Source of the DNA: Pyrinomonadaceae bacterium
GTDB lineage: Bacteria; Acidobacteriota; Blastocatellia; Pyrinomonadales; Pyrinomonadaceae
Assembly (NCBI GenBank): GCA_036004125.1
Contig: DASYRR010000170.1
Location: 15,611-79,610 of the forward strand
Reading direction: 5' to 3'
DNA: 64,000 nucleotides
Shown here: in pieces, positions 55,076 through 64,000 of the stretch
Layout of the letters: each line of letters opens with the position of its first letter
How positions within the stretch are numbered: the stretch's first letter is position 1
Translations under genes and position numbers: made by a program
The notes under the pieces: generated by a model
What the model saw: the letters and a program-made list of their open reading frames with translations, nothing else
What the model was told of the DNA's origin: nothing
Database searches by the model: none

Positions 55076-55160
55076 AATGTCCGATATGCGTCTGTCTTGT
55101 CAGTCTGTCCAACGCATCTCTAGCGAGTCATCACGACAAGACAGACGCATATCGGACATT
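55076..55160. repeat. palindromic element, GTCCGATATGC family (subtype GTCTGTCTTGTC)
   Basis: AATGTCCGATATGCGTCTGTCTTGTC ... GACAAGACAGACGCATATCGGACATT. Abuts the tig stop codon. Confidence 0.85.
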
Positions 55161-56475
55161 AACTATCGCTCCACTCTTCTTCAGTCACGCTTGCATTAGC
55201 AATCAAAAGATCAAGCGCTTTACGGTTGCGCAATCTGTGCGCGATGCTACGTTCGCCTCCATCCTTTGTCAAGGCAGCACGCACTTGCTCTTTTGCTTGT
55301 CGTGAGGCCGTCGAAATCGCGTCGATCTCAGCTTCAATCTCATCATCTGAGACACTGATCTTTTCCTCATCGGCGATCTGTTCGAGCAACATACTCGCAC
55401 GTACATCTTCCTCGGCTTGCACTTTCAACTCCTCGCGCGCGCCCTCCCAATCAACGTCGCGGCTTCGTGGATCGATACCCCGTCCGATCATATCGCGCAC
55501 CACACTTTCGAGTCGGTGACCAGCTTGTTGTTCTACCAGACTCTGGGGCACTTCAAACTTGTGGGCTTCGAGAAGTTTGCGCATCACCTCAGCGCGGAGT
55601 CGATGATCAGATTCTGATGCGGATCGCTTTTCGAGGTCTTCGCGAATCTTTGTGCGCAGGGTTTCAACGGAATCAAAGTCGTCTCCTAGACTCTTCGCCC
55701 ATTCGTCATCGACATCAGGCAATTCCTTGCGGCGGACTGCGGTTACTTGTGCCTCGTACTGTACCTTTTTTCCGGCCAGACCTTTTGAGGTGAAGTCCTC
55801 AGGGTAATCGACGAGAAAACTCTTGGTGTCGTCGGGCTTTGCGCCTTGAAGATTGTCAGTGAACTCGTTCTGTACGCCTTCGCCACCTAGTACGACTTCA
55901 ACATCGTCAGCTTTGATGTCTTCTTCTTCAGGTGCATCAATGAACTTGCCCTGGACATTGATAGTTACTGTATCGCCCACTTCCGCGCCGCGATCTTCAA
56001 CTGGCTGCAACGAAGCTGAAGCATCGCGGAGTCCCTCGATCATTTTTTCGACGTCAGCTTCAGTGACTGGTCGCGTCCGTCGAACCGCTTCGAGGCCTTT
56101 GTACTTGTCGAGTTTGACTTCAGGGAAGACTTCGACACCTACTTTGAAAGTGATCGGTTCTTCACCAAGTCGCTCGAGAGCTTCGGTGTTATCCAGCTGG
56201 ACGTCTGGCTCGCCGATCGTGGCCAGGGAGTGTTCACCAATGGCGTTGTTGACTGCCTCGGGTAGCAGTTCACGCAAGACTTCGCTTCTGATTTCACTCT
56301 TGAACCGATTACGGACGACTGATTGGGGTGCGTGGCCTCGACGAAAGCCGGGAACGTTCGCGCCCTTTGCGTAACGCTCACTAACGCGGTCATAGGCCGT
56401 GCGTATCTGTGCCGGCTCGATTTCGATTTTGATTTCCTTGCGGGTTGGGGAGAGATCTGTAAGTTCGGTCTTCAT
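55159..56475 (-). CDS. tig: trigger factor
   Basis: MKTELTDLSPTRKEIKIEIEP...GFRRGHAP. The ORF-track N-terminal extension runs into a repeat. Confidence 0.9.
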   Translation of the reverse strand: MKTELTDLSPTRKEIKIEIEPAQIRTAYDRVSERYAKGANVPGFRRGHAPQSVVRNRFKSEIRSEVLRELLPEAVNNAIGEHSLATIGEPDVQLDNTEALERLGEEPITFKVGVEVFPEVKLDKYKGLEAVRRTRPVTEADVEKMIEGLRDASASLQPVEDRGAEVGDTVTINVQGKFIDAPEEEDIKADDVEVVLGGEGVQNEFTDNLQGAKPDDTKSFLVDYPEDFTSKGLAGKKVQYEAQVTAVRRKELPDVDDEWAKSLGDDFDSVETLRTKIREDLEKRSASESDHRLRAEVMRKLLEAHKFEVPQSLVEQQAGHRLESVVRDMIGRGIDPRSRDVDWEGAREELKVQAEEDVRASMLLEQIADEEKISVSDDEIEAEIDAISTASRQAKEQVRAALTKDGGERSIAHRLRNRKALDLLIANASVTEEEWSDS

Positions 56476-56560
56476 TGTTCTTTGAGCTTTGTACTTTGAT
56501 CTTTGTGCTTTGTGCCTTGGGTGAGCGAACAAAGAACAAAGCACAGAGTTCCAAGCTCAT
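56476..56560. repeat. low-complexity inverted repeat (CTTTGTGCTTTGT / ACAAAGCACAG type)
   Basis: Lies between tRNA-Leu and the tig start. The arms are imperfect. Confidence 0.5.
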
Positions 56561-56565
56561 CTCGT

Positions 56566-56662
<97 letters not shown>

Positions 56663-56787
56663 CAAAATCGCCATCGTCGGCCAGGGCTCGGCAAGAATAG
56701 CATGCGCTACTCATGTTAGTCACAAGGGGGTCACTCTGCTATTCTCCCGGCGTTATTCTGCTCTACACAAACTGTCAGGAGCCACTC

Positions 56788-57228
56788 ATGTTTGCTACTC
56801 CTCGCACGTTCCCGTGTCCCAACTGCAAAGAGATAATCAACGATTCCATGACAACCTGCCGTTTTTGTTCGGTTGCGATCGATCCGGGCATCGCCGCCCA
56901 GGTAGCCGAGAACCAAGCCAAAGCAAACCAGGCTTACAGCGACGCTAGTTTTTTGCGCACTGCGGCCGTAGCGATGTTCGTGTTTCTGGGATTGAGCTTG
57001 ATCCCGTTGGTACCTTTCGTGTATTGGGGCTTCCTGGCTACGTTTCTAGTAACGGTTGTTTTGTTGGTGCGGTGGCAGATCCGTTTTGCCAGTTTGAATA
57101 CGAGCGACCCTGATTATCAGAAGGCTAAGCGATCACGCAATGTGGCGGTGCTACTGATAATTCTTGCGATCCCAGTGGGGTTCATTCTTAGACCTTTGCT
57201 GAGTTTGTTGCTGTCACAGATGTTTTAG
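56788..57228 (+). CDS. zinc-ribbon membrane protein
   Basis: FPCPNCKEIINDSMTTCRFCSV, then three hydrophobic helices. Confidence 0.55.
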   Translation: MFATPRTFPCPNCKEIINDSMTTCRFCSVAIDPGIAAQVAENQAKANQAYSDASFLRTAAVAMFVFLGLSLIPLVPFVYWGFLATFLVTVVLLVRWQIRFASLNTSDPDYQKAKRSRNVAVLLIILAIPVGFILRPLLSLLLSQMF

Positions 57229-57229
57229 G

Positions 57230-57496
57230 TTAGGCGATGCTGTAGGTCACCTTAGGCTTGCCCAGAAAGTCTTTGCCGGTTTGCTTCTTCACCAGCCCGC
57301 TCCGTTCCAATTCAAAATAGGCGCGCAGAATCTCACCTTTGTCTACTGACAATTTCTGGGCCAGTGCAGCAGGTGTTGGCAGCCAATCACCTGAGTTTAG
57401 TACTTTGCTTTTGATCTGCGCTTCGATCTGTTCGCGGACTTGAAGGTAGACGGGATTGTGGGACAAGTCTTTGAGTTCGATGTTCATCGGGTTCAC
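57230..57496 (-). CDS. GntR-type winged-helix DNA-binding domain protein (88 aa, no effector domain)
   Basis: YLQVREQIEAQIKSKVLNSGDWLPTPAALAQKLSVDKGEILRAYFELERSGLV. Confidence 0.6.
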   Translation of the reverse strand: MNPMNIELKDLSHNPVYLQVREQIEAQIKSKVLNSGDWLPTPAALAQKLSVDKGEILRAYFELERSGLVKKQTGKDFLGKPKVTYSIA

Positions 57497-57498
57497 CT

Positions 57499-57605
57499 GT
57501 CCGATATGCTTTAGCTTGTCGCACTCGAGATCATTTAAGCGTTGTTAGAAAGGGGCGACAAGCTAAAGCATATCGGACACCCGACAAGCTAAAGCATATC
57601 GGACA
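57499..57605. repeat. GTCCGATATGC-family element with one left arm and two tandem right arms
   Basis: GTCCGATATGCTTTAGCTTGTCG ... CGACAAGCTAAAGCATATCGGACA (57556-57579), repeated at 57582-57605. Confidence 0.85.
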
Positions 57606-57608
57606 TTC

Positions 57609-58670
57609 CTATAGCGTCCGCGTAACCTTTGATAACGACCGCGGCGAGTCGGGATCGAGTCCCTTTGCTTCCGCCAACAATGCTGCGAAGAGTTGACCGG
57701 GCACGATGTAAGGAATCGGTGCCAGAAACTCATCAATCTCCCGCGGCATGATAATCGAACGAGTACACAGCCCCGCAGCTTCTATGTCGCTCGTAATTGC
57801 CAACGTATCAGCGTGCAATTCACGAAGTCGTTCAATCAGACTCTTCACTCCGGGCAACATCTCACCCGGCGGTGCAAATAAGAATACTGGGAAGTGACGC
57901 TCAACCATCGCGAGCGGACCGTGCAGAAAATCTGCTGATGAGAAACGCTCCGCAACGACGTAGCAAGTTTCCATCAACTTCAACGCCAACTCATAAGCAT
58001 TTGCGTAAGCGAGTCCGCGACCGACAACGACGCAGTTTTCCATGAACACATATCGCTGCACCAGTTCGAGGATGGCAGGCTTTTGTTCCAGGGCCTTGGA
58101 TACAAACTCCGGAATCGCTTCATAACTAATGGACGATTGCTGATCCGACAGTGCCTCAGCGACCATATAAAAAAGGAGCATCTGGGAGGTGAACGTCTTG
58201 GTAGCAGCAACAGACCGCTCGCGACCGCCATGGGTTAACAACGTCTGGTCCACCAGGGTCGTCATCGAGGAATTCGGTTCGTTGGTAATGCCAACGGTAT
58301 ACGCACCACACTGGCGAGCATTCTCCAGCACACGATTGATGTCTTCACCTTCGCCAGATTGGGAGACACCAACAACGAGAGCGCGGTCAAGTTTTAGTTT
58401 GGCCTTGTAGATTGTGTGAATCGAGGGTGCCGACAGCGAAACCGGAATTCCGGTAGTGATCTCGAGCAGGTAACGACCGAAGAGAGCGGCATTGTCCGAG
58501 CTGCCCCTTGCAACCAGCACTATGAGATCTATATTGCGCGCTCTGATCGTCTGACCCAGTTTTGCAATCTTGCTGCGCTCTTCTTTAATAGTCAGCGCGA
58601 GCGCAGCTGGTTGCTCGGCGATTTCAGCAAGCATCAGTGACAAGGAAATCTCCTGGATAGGAATCGGCAA
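57609..58670 (-). CDS. SIS-domain sugar-phosphate isomerase/deaminase (GlmS-C/AgaS-like)
   Basis: Two SIS modules (LVARGSSDNAALFG..., VVGRGLAYANAYELALKLME...). Confidence 0.75.
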   Translation of the reverse strand: MPIPIQEISLSLMLAEIAEQPAALALTIKEERSKIAKLGQTIRARNIDLIVLVARGSSDNAALFGRYLLEITTGIPVSLSAPSIHTIYKAKLKLDRALVVGVSQSGEGEDINRVLENARQCGAYTVGITNEPNSSMTTLVDQTLLTHGGRERSVAATKTFTSQMLLFYMVAEALSDQQSSISYEAIPEFVSKALEQKPAILELVQRYVFMENCVVVGRGLAYANAYELALKLMETCYVVAERFSSADFLHGPLAMVERHFPVFLFAPPGEMLPGVKSLIERLRELHADTLAITSDIEAAGLCTRSIIMPREIDEFLAPIPYIVPGQLFAALLAEAKGLDPDSPRSLSKVTRTL

Positions 58671-58754
58671 TATCGGTTGTAATCCCCGCAGATTTCAGTT
58701 AAATACTCGTCCGATCTTTCCAACCGCGAGTTATATACGGCAAACGACAACTCT

Positions 58755-60884
58755 TTGCTGATGCCCAACACTCTAACACGAACGCCTAGTACTCGTCTGA
58801 CTCTTCTAACACTCGCGCTGGTTTCGTTATTCACATTTGCTAACGGTCAGCAAACGCAAGAGATCCCTCGCATCTCTGTAATCCCTCAACCTCGTGAGCT
58901 GAAGAGCTCTAGTGAGGTGTTTCGCCTTGACCGAAGTGCACACATTACGCTTGCCGATCCACGTTCTGACGAAGACCAGTTCGCTGCCAAGGATTTCATT
59001 GATGATTTGAAGCAGACCACAGGTGTGTCGCTGAAGATTAGTCGTAATCGAGGCCGCCAGACGATCCTGGTCGGCAAGCTAAGTCTACCTGCGATTGCAA
59101 ATGCCCTGCAGAGGTCCGCAGTCTCGACGCCGGCATCGCTTAATGAGGAGGGATACATTTTGAGCGTGGGCCCCGACGCCGTGGTCGTCGCAGGCGCAAG
59201 TGCCGCCGGCGTGTTCTATGGTCTGCAAACTCTCAAACAGCTCGTTCGCGGCAATAACGCCGATGTCTACATTCAGGGTGTGCGGATTGTTGATTGGCCA
59301 GCCATGCGTTGGCGTGGAGTTTCGGACGATATCAGTCGTGGGCCAGTGCCAACCGTCGAGTACATAAAACGACAATTACGAACGCTTGCGTCGTTCAAAC
59401 TAAACATGCATTCGTTCTACATGGAGCACACGTTTGCCAGTAAGGCTCATCCGCTAATAGGACCTGAAGGCGGCTCACTTACGCCGGAAGAAATTCGCGA
59501 GCTGGTTGCTTATGCCAAGTCGTACCACATCGAGATGGTTCCCGAGCAGCAAACCTTTGGTCATTTGCACAAAGCACTCCGGTTCGAAAAGTACAATCCA
59601 CTTGCTGAGACTCCTTACGGCGATGTTCTGTCGCCCCAGCAAGACGGAACATACAAACTGATTGCTGATTGGTATCGCGAATTGAATGAATTGTTCCCCG
59701 GCAAGTTCTTTCACATTGGTGAAGACGAGACGTTTGAGTTGGGAGAGGGACAGAGTCGCGAAGCAGCGCGTGCGAAGGGAGTCGGCGCGGTTTACTTCGA
59801 ACACCTGAACCGCGTTCGGGACATCTTGAAACAATACGATCGCAAGCTGATGTTTTGGGGGGACATTGCGCTTAACCATCCTGATCTAATCGGCAACATT
59901 CCGAAAGAGATTATCGTTGCCAACTGGGATTACGGTCCGAAAGACGATTACACGAATCGCATCAAGCCATTCAAGGACGCGGGACTCGAGCAGTTTGTTT
60001 GTCCCGGTGTCTGGGGATGGAATCAGATCTTTCCCAACGTCGACTCTTCGTCGAAGAACATCGTCAACTTTGTTCGCGATGGACAGGTTGCCGGCGCTAT
60101 GGGGATGCTCAATACGACGTGGGATGACGATGGAGAGTCGCTGTTTGAGATGACCTGGTATGGCATCGTGCTTGGTGCAGCAGCGTCATGGCAATTTCAA
60201 GCGGTCGATCAGAAGAAGTTTGATGTAGACTTCGATTGGGCCTTCTTTCGTAATGATGGTGATCAATTTGTCGGTGTGATTCATGCGCTTGGTAGCGTGA
60301 ATACAGTTATGGGATTTGGTACGAGCGACGAGGCGTTCTGGCGCGATCCGTTTACCACCAATTACCAAAACAGCGCACGAGCAAGCGCCGAAAAGATTAG
60401 ACAGATGCGTTTGCAGGTTGAAGCGGCTGAGGAGACGTTGCTCGCTCACCGTCACCGCGCACAGCGTAACCGTTCGATGGTCTCGTCGATGCTTTTTGCC
60501 GCACGGCGTTTTGATCACCTTGGCAGGCGAGCGGAAACAGTTGCGAAACTCAGTCGCGAATACTGGGATGCCTATCTTAATTTGGGAGATCGCACGAAGG
60601 TTCGCAGGTTACGTCGTTACGCGAGTCCGATTTACAACCAGCTGCGTGAGATGGCAGAGGAGTTGGCAATCTTGAAAGCTGGTTATCGCGAACAGTGGCT
60701 GGCGGAAAATCGACCCTATTGGTTGGACAGTGTGCTAGCTCGTTATGATCAGGCGATAGCGACCTGGTTGGCAAAAAGTCGCGCGATTGAAGAAGCGATG
60801 CGAGCGTATGATGCAACATCGATTCTGCCTAACCCGGAAGAATTTGGTTTGGGTGTACGATTTCAAGCACCGCAACAACGGTGA
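58755..60884 (+). CDS. GH20 beta-N-acetylhexosaminidase-like glycoside hydrolase
   Basis: Signal peptide. IVDWPAMRWRGVSDDISRG...FHIGEDETFELG. Confidence 0.75.
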   Translation: MLMPNTLTRTPSTRLTLLTLALVSLFTFANGQQTQEIPRISVIPQPRELKSSSEVFRLDRSAHITLADPRSDEDQFAAKDFIDDLKQTTGVSLKISRNRGRQTILVGKLSLPAIANALQRSAVSTPASLNEEGYILSVGPDAVVVAGASAAGVFYGLQTLKQLVRGNNADVYIQGVRIVDWPAMRWRGVSDDISRGPVPTVEYIKRQLRTLASFKLNMHSFYMEHTFASKAHPLIGPEGGSLTPEEIRELVAYAKSYHIEMVPEQQTFGHLHKALRFEKYNPLAETPYGDVLSPQQDGTYKLIADWYRELNELFPGKFFHIGEDETFELGEGQSREAARAKGVGAVYFEHLNRVRDILKQYDRKLMFWGDIALNHPDLIGNIPKEIIVANWDYGPKDDYTNRIKPFKDAGLEQFVCPGVWGWNQIFPNVDSSSKNIVNFVRDGQVAGAMGMLNTTWDDDGESLFEMTWYGIVLGAAASWQFQAVDQKKFDVDFDWAFFRNDGDQFVGVIHALGSVNTVMGFGTSDEAFWRDPFTTNYQNSARASAEKIRQMRLQVEAAEETLLAHRHRAQRNRSMVSSMLFAARRFDHLGRRAETVAKLSREYWDAYLNLGDRTKVRRLRRYASPIYNQLREMAEELAILKAGYREQWLAENRPYWLDSVLARYDQAIATWLAKSRAIEEAMRAYDATSILPNPEEFGLGVRFQAPQQR

Positions 60885-60908
60885 TGTCTAACAGCACACT
60901 GTTTTATT

Positions 60909-60994
60909 CTCAGTGCTCCTCTGTGTCTCTGTGCGTCTGCGGTTAGACAGGATTTCATCACCACAGAGGCACAGAGACACAGAGGAGCACTGAG
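60909..60994. repeat. palindromic element, CACAGAGACAC family
   Basis: CTCAGTGCTCCTCTGTGTCTCTGTGCGTCTGCGG ... CCACAGAGGCACAGAGACACAGAGGAGCACTGAG. Confidence 0.85.
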
Positions 60995-61020
60995 AAACCA
61001 CGAAACAAAGGCAAACAAAA

Positions 61021-62139
61021 ATGTCTACCTCAACCCCCAACCGTCTTGTATCCCTTGACGTCTTTCGCGGTCTAACGATCGCCGGCATGACGCTGGTAAA
61101 CAACCCCGGCACATGGAGCAGCATTTATTGGCCACTCGAACACGCGGAGTGGAATGGTTGGACGCCTACAGATTTAGTCTTCCCTTTTTTCGTCTTCATC
61201 GTTGGCGTTTCGATAGGGCTTGCCTTAGGACGTCGGTTAGAAGAAGGTGCACCCCTCAGGCCGCAGTATTTAAAAGTGATCAGGCGTTCACTGATCATCT
61301 TCGGACTGGGTCTCTTTCTAAACGGATTTCCATTCTTTCATCTTTCCGAAATTCGGATTCCAGGCGTTTTGCAACGCCTCGCAGTGTGTTACCTGATAGC
61401 AGCCTTGATTTTTCTATCAACCAAAGTTCGAACGCAGTTCATCATTGCGGTGCTGCTGTTACTGGTCTATTGGATTGTGATGACCAAGATTGCCGCGCCT
61501 GGCTTCGCCGCCGGTGATTTAACGAAGGAAGGAAGTTTGGCCTCGTATGTCGATCGAGTGGTTTTTGGCCCACACATTTGGAAACAGGGCAAGGTTTATG
61601 ATCCTGAAGGAATACTGAGTACCATACCAGCGATCTCGACATGTCTGCTGGGAGTTTTAACCGGTCACTGGTTGCGAAGTGAGCGGTCGCAATTTGAAAA
61701 GGTCGCGGGTTTGTTTGTGGCTGGAGCAGTTTGCGTAATGATCGGTTGGGCATGGAATCCGTTCTTTCCAATTAACAAGGCGTTATGGACCAGTTCCTAT
61801 GTAATGTTCACTGGAGGGTTAGCACTGCAATTACTGGCACTCTGTTACTGGCTGATCGACATCAAGGGGTATCGTCGCTGGGCATGGCCTTTCATAGTTT
61901 TTGGAGTGAACGCTATTGCATTGTTTGTTGGATCAGGACTGATGGTTAAGTTGATGGGACTGATCAAATTACCGTGGGGAGACCGCAGGATTTCATCGCA
62001 AGGGTGGATCTTCAATAAACTATTTCTGACCTGGGCTTCCCCAATCAACGCCTCACTAGCGTACGCGATCGCGTTTATCTTGTTTTGGCTTTTCTTGATG
62101 TGGCTGTTGTATAGGAAGAGAATCTACATAAGAGTGTAA
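61021..62139 (+). CDS. HGSNAT/DUF5009-like transmembrane acetyltransferase
   Basis: [23 protein letters not shown]...[25 protein letters not shown]. Multi-TM. Confidence 0.7.
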   Translation: MSTSTPNRLVSLDVFRGLTIAGMTLVNNPGTWSSIYWPLEHAEWNGWTPTDLVFPFFVFIVGVSIGLALGRRLEEGAPLRPQYLKVIRRSLIIFGLGLFLNGFPFFHLSEIRIPGVLQRLAVCYLIAALIFLSTKVRTQFIIAVLLLLVYWIVMTKIAAPGFAAGDLTKEGSLASYVDRVVFGPHIWKQGKVYDPEGILSTIPAISTCLLGVLTGHWLRSERSQFEKVAGLFVAGAVCVMIGWAWNPFFPINKALWTSSYVMFTGGLALQLLALCYWLIDIKGYRRWAWPFIVFGVNAIALFVGSGLMVKLMGLIKLPWGDRRISSQGWIFNKLFLTWASPINASLAYAIAFILFWLFLMWLLYRKRIYIRV

Positions 62140-62144
62140 GAAAT

Positions 62145-62243
62145 GGTCTTTGGTGTCCGATATGCGTCTGTCTTGTCGTGATGAGCGGAACGGACTCTTC
62201 AGGATCCACGACAAGACAGACGCATATCGGACATCAAAGACCC
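62145..62243. repeat. palindromic element, GTCCGATATGC family (subtype GTCTGTCTTGTCG)
   Basis: GGTCTTTGGTGTCCGATATGCGTCTGTCTTGTCGTG ... CACGACAAGACAGACGCATATCGGACATCAAAGACCC. Confidence 0.85.
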
Positions 62244-62277
62244 AAGACCAAATCTCCCAAACGAAAGGATCACAGTT

Positions 62278-62568
62278 ATGCCAACTTATATCGCGCTTCT
62301 AAAATGGACTGAACAGGGAATCGGCAATATTAAGGACAGCCCGGGCCGACTTGACGCTGGTCGCAAGGCGTTCAAGAAGATGGGTGTGAAGATTAAAGAC
62401 ACCTACCTGACAATGGGCCGCTATGATCTCGTTTGTGTCATCGATGCGCCCGATGATGAAGCTTACGCAACAGCGATACTTACGCTCGGTTCACAGGGCA
62501 ACGTGTCAACTGAAACGTTAAAGGCTTTCTCTGAAGCCGACTACCGCAAGATCATAGGATCAATCTGA
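62278..62568 (+). CDS. GYD domain protein
   Basis: MPTYIALLKWTEQG...MGRYDLVCVIDAPDDEAY. Confidence 0.75.
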   Translation: MPTYIALLKWTEQGIGNIKDSPGRLDAGRKAFKKMGVKIKDTYLTMGRYDLVCVIDAPDDEAYATAILTLGSQGNVSTETLKAFSEADYRKIIGSI

Positions 62569-62611
62569 AAAGTACCCCTTTAGTAGCAAGCTGAATGGGC
62601 CAGGGGCCGTC

Positions 62612-62722
62612 ATACTGGGACCGCAGGCGTCCTCGCCTGCTACGTTAGTGTGCGAGTGGTTTGGATATTCCGTTGGGGCCAATCGCCGACCTGGCAGGCG
62701 AGGACGCATGCGGTCCCAGCAT
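62612..62722. repeat. inverted repeat ATACTGGGACCGCAGGCGTCCTCGCCTGC / GCAGGCGAGGACGCATGCGGTCCCAGCAT
   Basis: 29-nt arms with 2 mismatches and a 53-nt spacer, between convergent genes. Confidence 0.8.
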
Positions 62723-62762
62723 AATGGCTAATTATTCGCCCGGCGCTACTACTAAAGGGAAA

Positions 62763-64000
62763 CTACTTTCGATAACCAGGACCACGGACAACCTGCCCTG
62801 CCAGCGCTGCTGTTCGTTCACCTTTATCAACGCTTATTTGTCCATTCACCAGGACGTATTCGATCCCAACCGGATATTGATTGGGTAATTCAAACGTCGC
62901 GCGATCTATAACAGTGCGCGGATTGAAAACGGTGATGTCGGCAAACATGCCGATGCGCAGTAATCCGCGATCCTTTATTCCAACTCGAGCAGCTGGTCCG
63001 CCAGTCATCTTGTGAATCGCAGTCTCAATCGAAAGCAAGTGTTCGTCGCGGACGTACCGTCCAAGTATTCGTGGATAACTGCCCCAGCCACGCGGATGTG
63101 ACTTTGACCCGGCAAGGGGCCCATCGGTGGCGCGAGAACCGCTGTCGGTGCAGAAACTGACAAATGATGCACGCATCGCGGCGCGCATATCGCCTTCACT
63201 CATCATGAAGTAAATCGCCCCAGTTTGCGCGTGGTCAGCCAGAATGAAATCCAATAGAGCGTCCAAAGGGTCCTTCTTTTGTTCCGCGGCAATCTCGGAG
63301 ACGCGTTTCCCCTGCATCGACTCCAAATCGCGATTGACAACTGCTCCAATCAAGATGCCACCAGGACCTCCGCTACCCAGATAGATGTTTTCCCAGTCTT
63401 TGTGATCTTCCGAAATTTCCTTCTTAATCCGTTCTCGCGTTGCCTGATCACGAAGACGACTGAGCATCTTTTCAGTGCCACCCTCCTGAGCCCAAGGTGG
63501 CAAACACGCGCTCAACGCGGTGGAACCGGCAACGTAAGGATAGATGTCGGCAGTAACGTCGAGACCGCGCGCCCGAGCCTGTTTGATCTTGGCGAGGATC
63601 TCTGGCATACGTCCCCAGTTCTTTTTATAAGCGGTCTTGAGATGCCAGATTTCAACCGGGATGCGAGCGCGTCGCGCTATCTCAAAGACTTCGCTAAGCG
63701 ATTCGTCAAGCGCGTTGGCTTCGCTACGCTGATGCGTTGCATAAATGCCTCCGTATTGGCGGGCCACTTTGGCAAGCTCCACGAGTTCATCCGTCGTCGC
63801 AAAACGCGCGGGAATGTACTGCAGCGAAGTCGATAGACCGAGTGCTCCTTCTTGCATCGACGCAGCCACCAGGTTCTTCATACTTTCGAGTTCAGCGGAA
63901 GTCGGTGCGCGATTGTCATAGCCTACGACATACTCACGAACCTGCGTGGCGCCAACGAAGGTTCCCAGATTCAAACCCGTTCCCTGTTTTTCCAGCCGCT
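62763..64000 (-). CDS. N-acyl-D-amino-acid deacylase (D-aminoacylase) family amidohydrolase, N-terminus outside window
   Basis: GLDVTADIYPYVAGST, HPRGWGSYPRILG. The frame stays open to the window edge. Confidence 0.75.
   Translation of the reverse strand, partial: RLEKQGTGLNLGTFVGATQVREYVVGYDNRAPTSAELESMKNLVAASMQEGALGLSTSLQYIPARFATTDELVELAKVARQYGGIYATHQRSEANALDESLSEVFEIARRARIPVEIWHLKTAYKKNWGRMPEILAKIKQARARGLDVTADIYPYVAGSTALSACLPPWAQEGGTEKMLSRLRDQATRERIKKEISEDHKDWENIYLGSGGPGGILIGAVVNRDLESMQGKRVSEIAAEQKKDPLDALLDFILADHAQTGAIYFMMSEGDMRAAMRASFVSFCTDSGSRATDGPLAGSKSHPRGWGSYPRILGRYVRDEHLLSIETAIHKMTGGPAARVGIKDRGLLRIGMFADITVFNPRTVIDRATFELPNQYPVGIEYVLVNGQISVDKGERTAALAGQVVRGPGYRK

Overview
The window looks like an Acidobacteriota-type chromosome segment. 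This is an inference from an ADOP-style duplicated FtsX permease and many low-complexity intergenic hairpin families. It divides at tRNA-Lys(UUU) (40932..41007, minus strand).

RIGHT of the tRNA (41-64 kb) is ordinary core genome, mostly on the minus strand: ADOP permease, purA, a YkgJ-like Cys-cluster protein, glgA, rho, engB, lon, clpX, clpP, tig and tRNA-Leu(UAG). A GlcNAc-type utilisation locus follows (SIS protein, GH20 hexosaminidase, HGSNAT-like acetyltransferase), then a GYD protein and a partial D-aminoacylase. The intergenic gaps hold at least six families of long inverted repeats (REPIN/MITE-like).

LEFT of the tRNA (1-41 kb) appears to be stacked accessory DNA in three parts.
(i) About 1.9-11.1 kb is an integron-type cassette array with at least 10 attC-like sites and no IntI. 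It holds co-oriented small ORFs, including hicAB, two TonB-C-domain proteins, an amber-interrupted ORF and a toxin-antitoxin-like gene pair. An IS91-family element carrying its own tyrosine recombinase sits exactly between two attC core sites. A second, decayed IS91 copy lies next to a related attC, and an IS110-family remnant lies in or next to another attC.
(ii) 11.6-33.4 kb is a 22-kb block transcribed almost entirely on the + strand (19 consecutive + strand genes after one small minus-strand zinc-ribbon ORF). It encodes an ECF sigma, two zinc anti-sigma paralogues flanking a cytoplasmic S8 protease, an aquaporin, an oxidoreductase/detox set, and glycogen and sugar enzymes. Its ends match the arm architecture of element (iii).
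(iii) 33.5-41.0 kb is a 7.4-kb integrase-less element bounded by a perfect 41-bp repeat of the tRNA-Lys 3' half. Its only cargo is a roughly 2150-codon Sec-type Rhs/YD toxin with an unrecognised C-terminal domain, plus a 71-aa putative immunity gene. The Rhs gene is split by a 1-nt frameshift.

All domain calls come from motif recognition by eye. No database searches were run.
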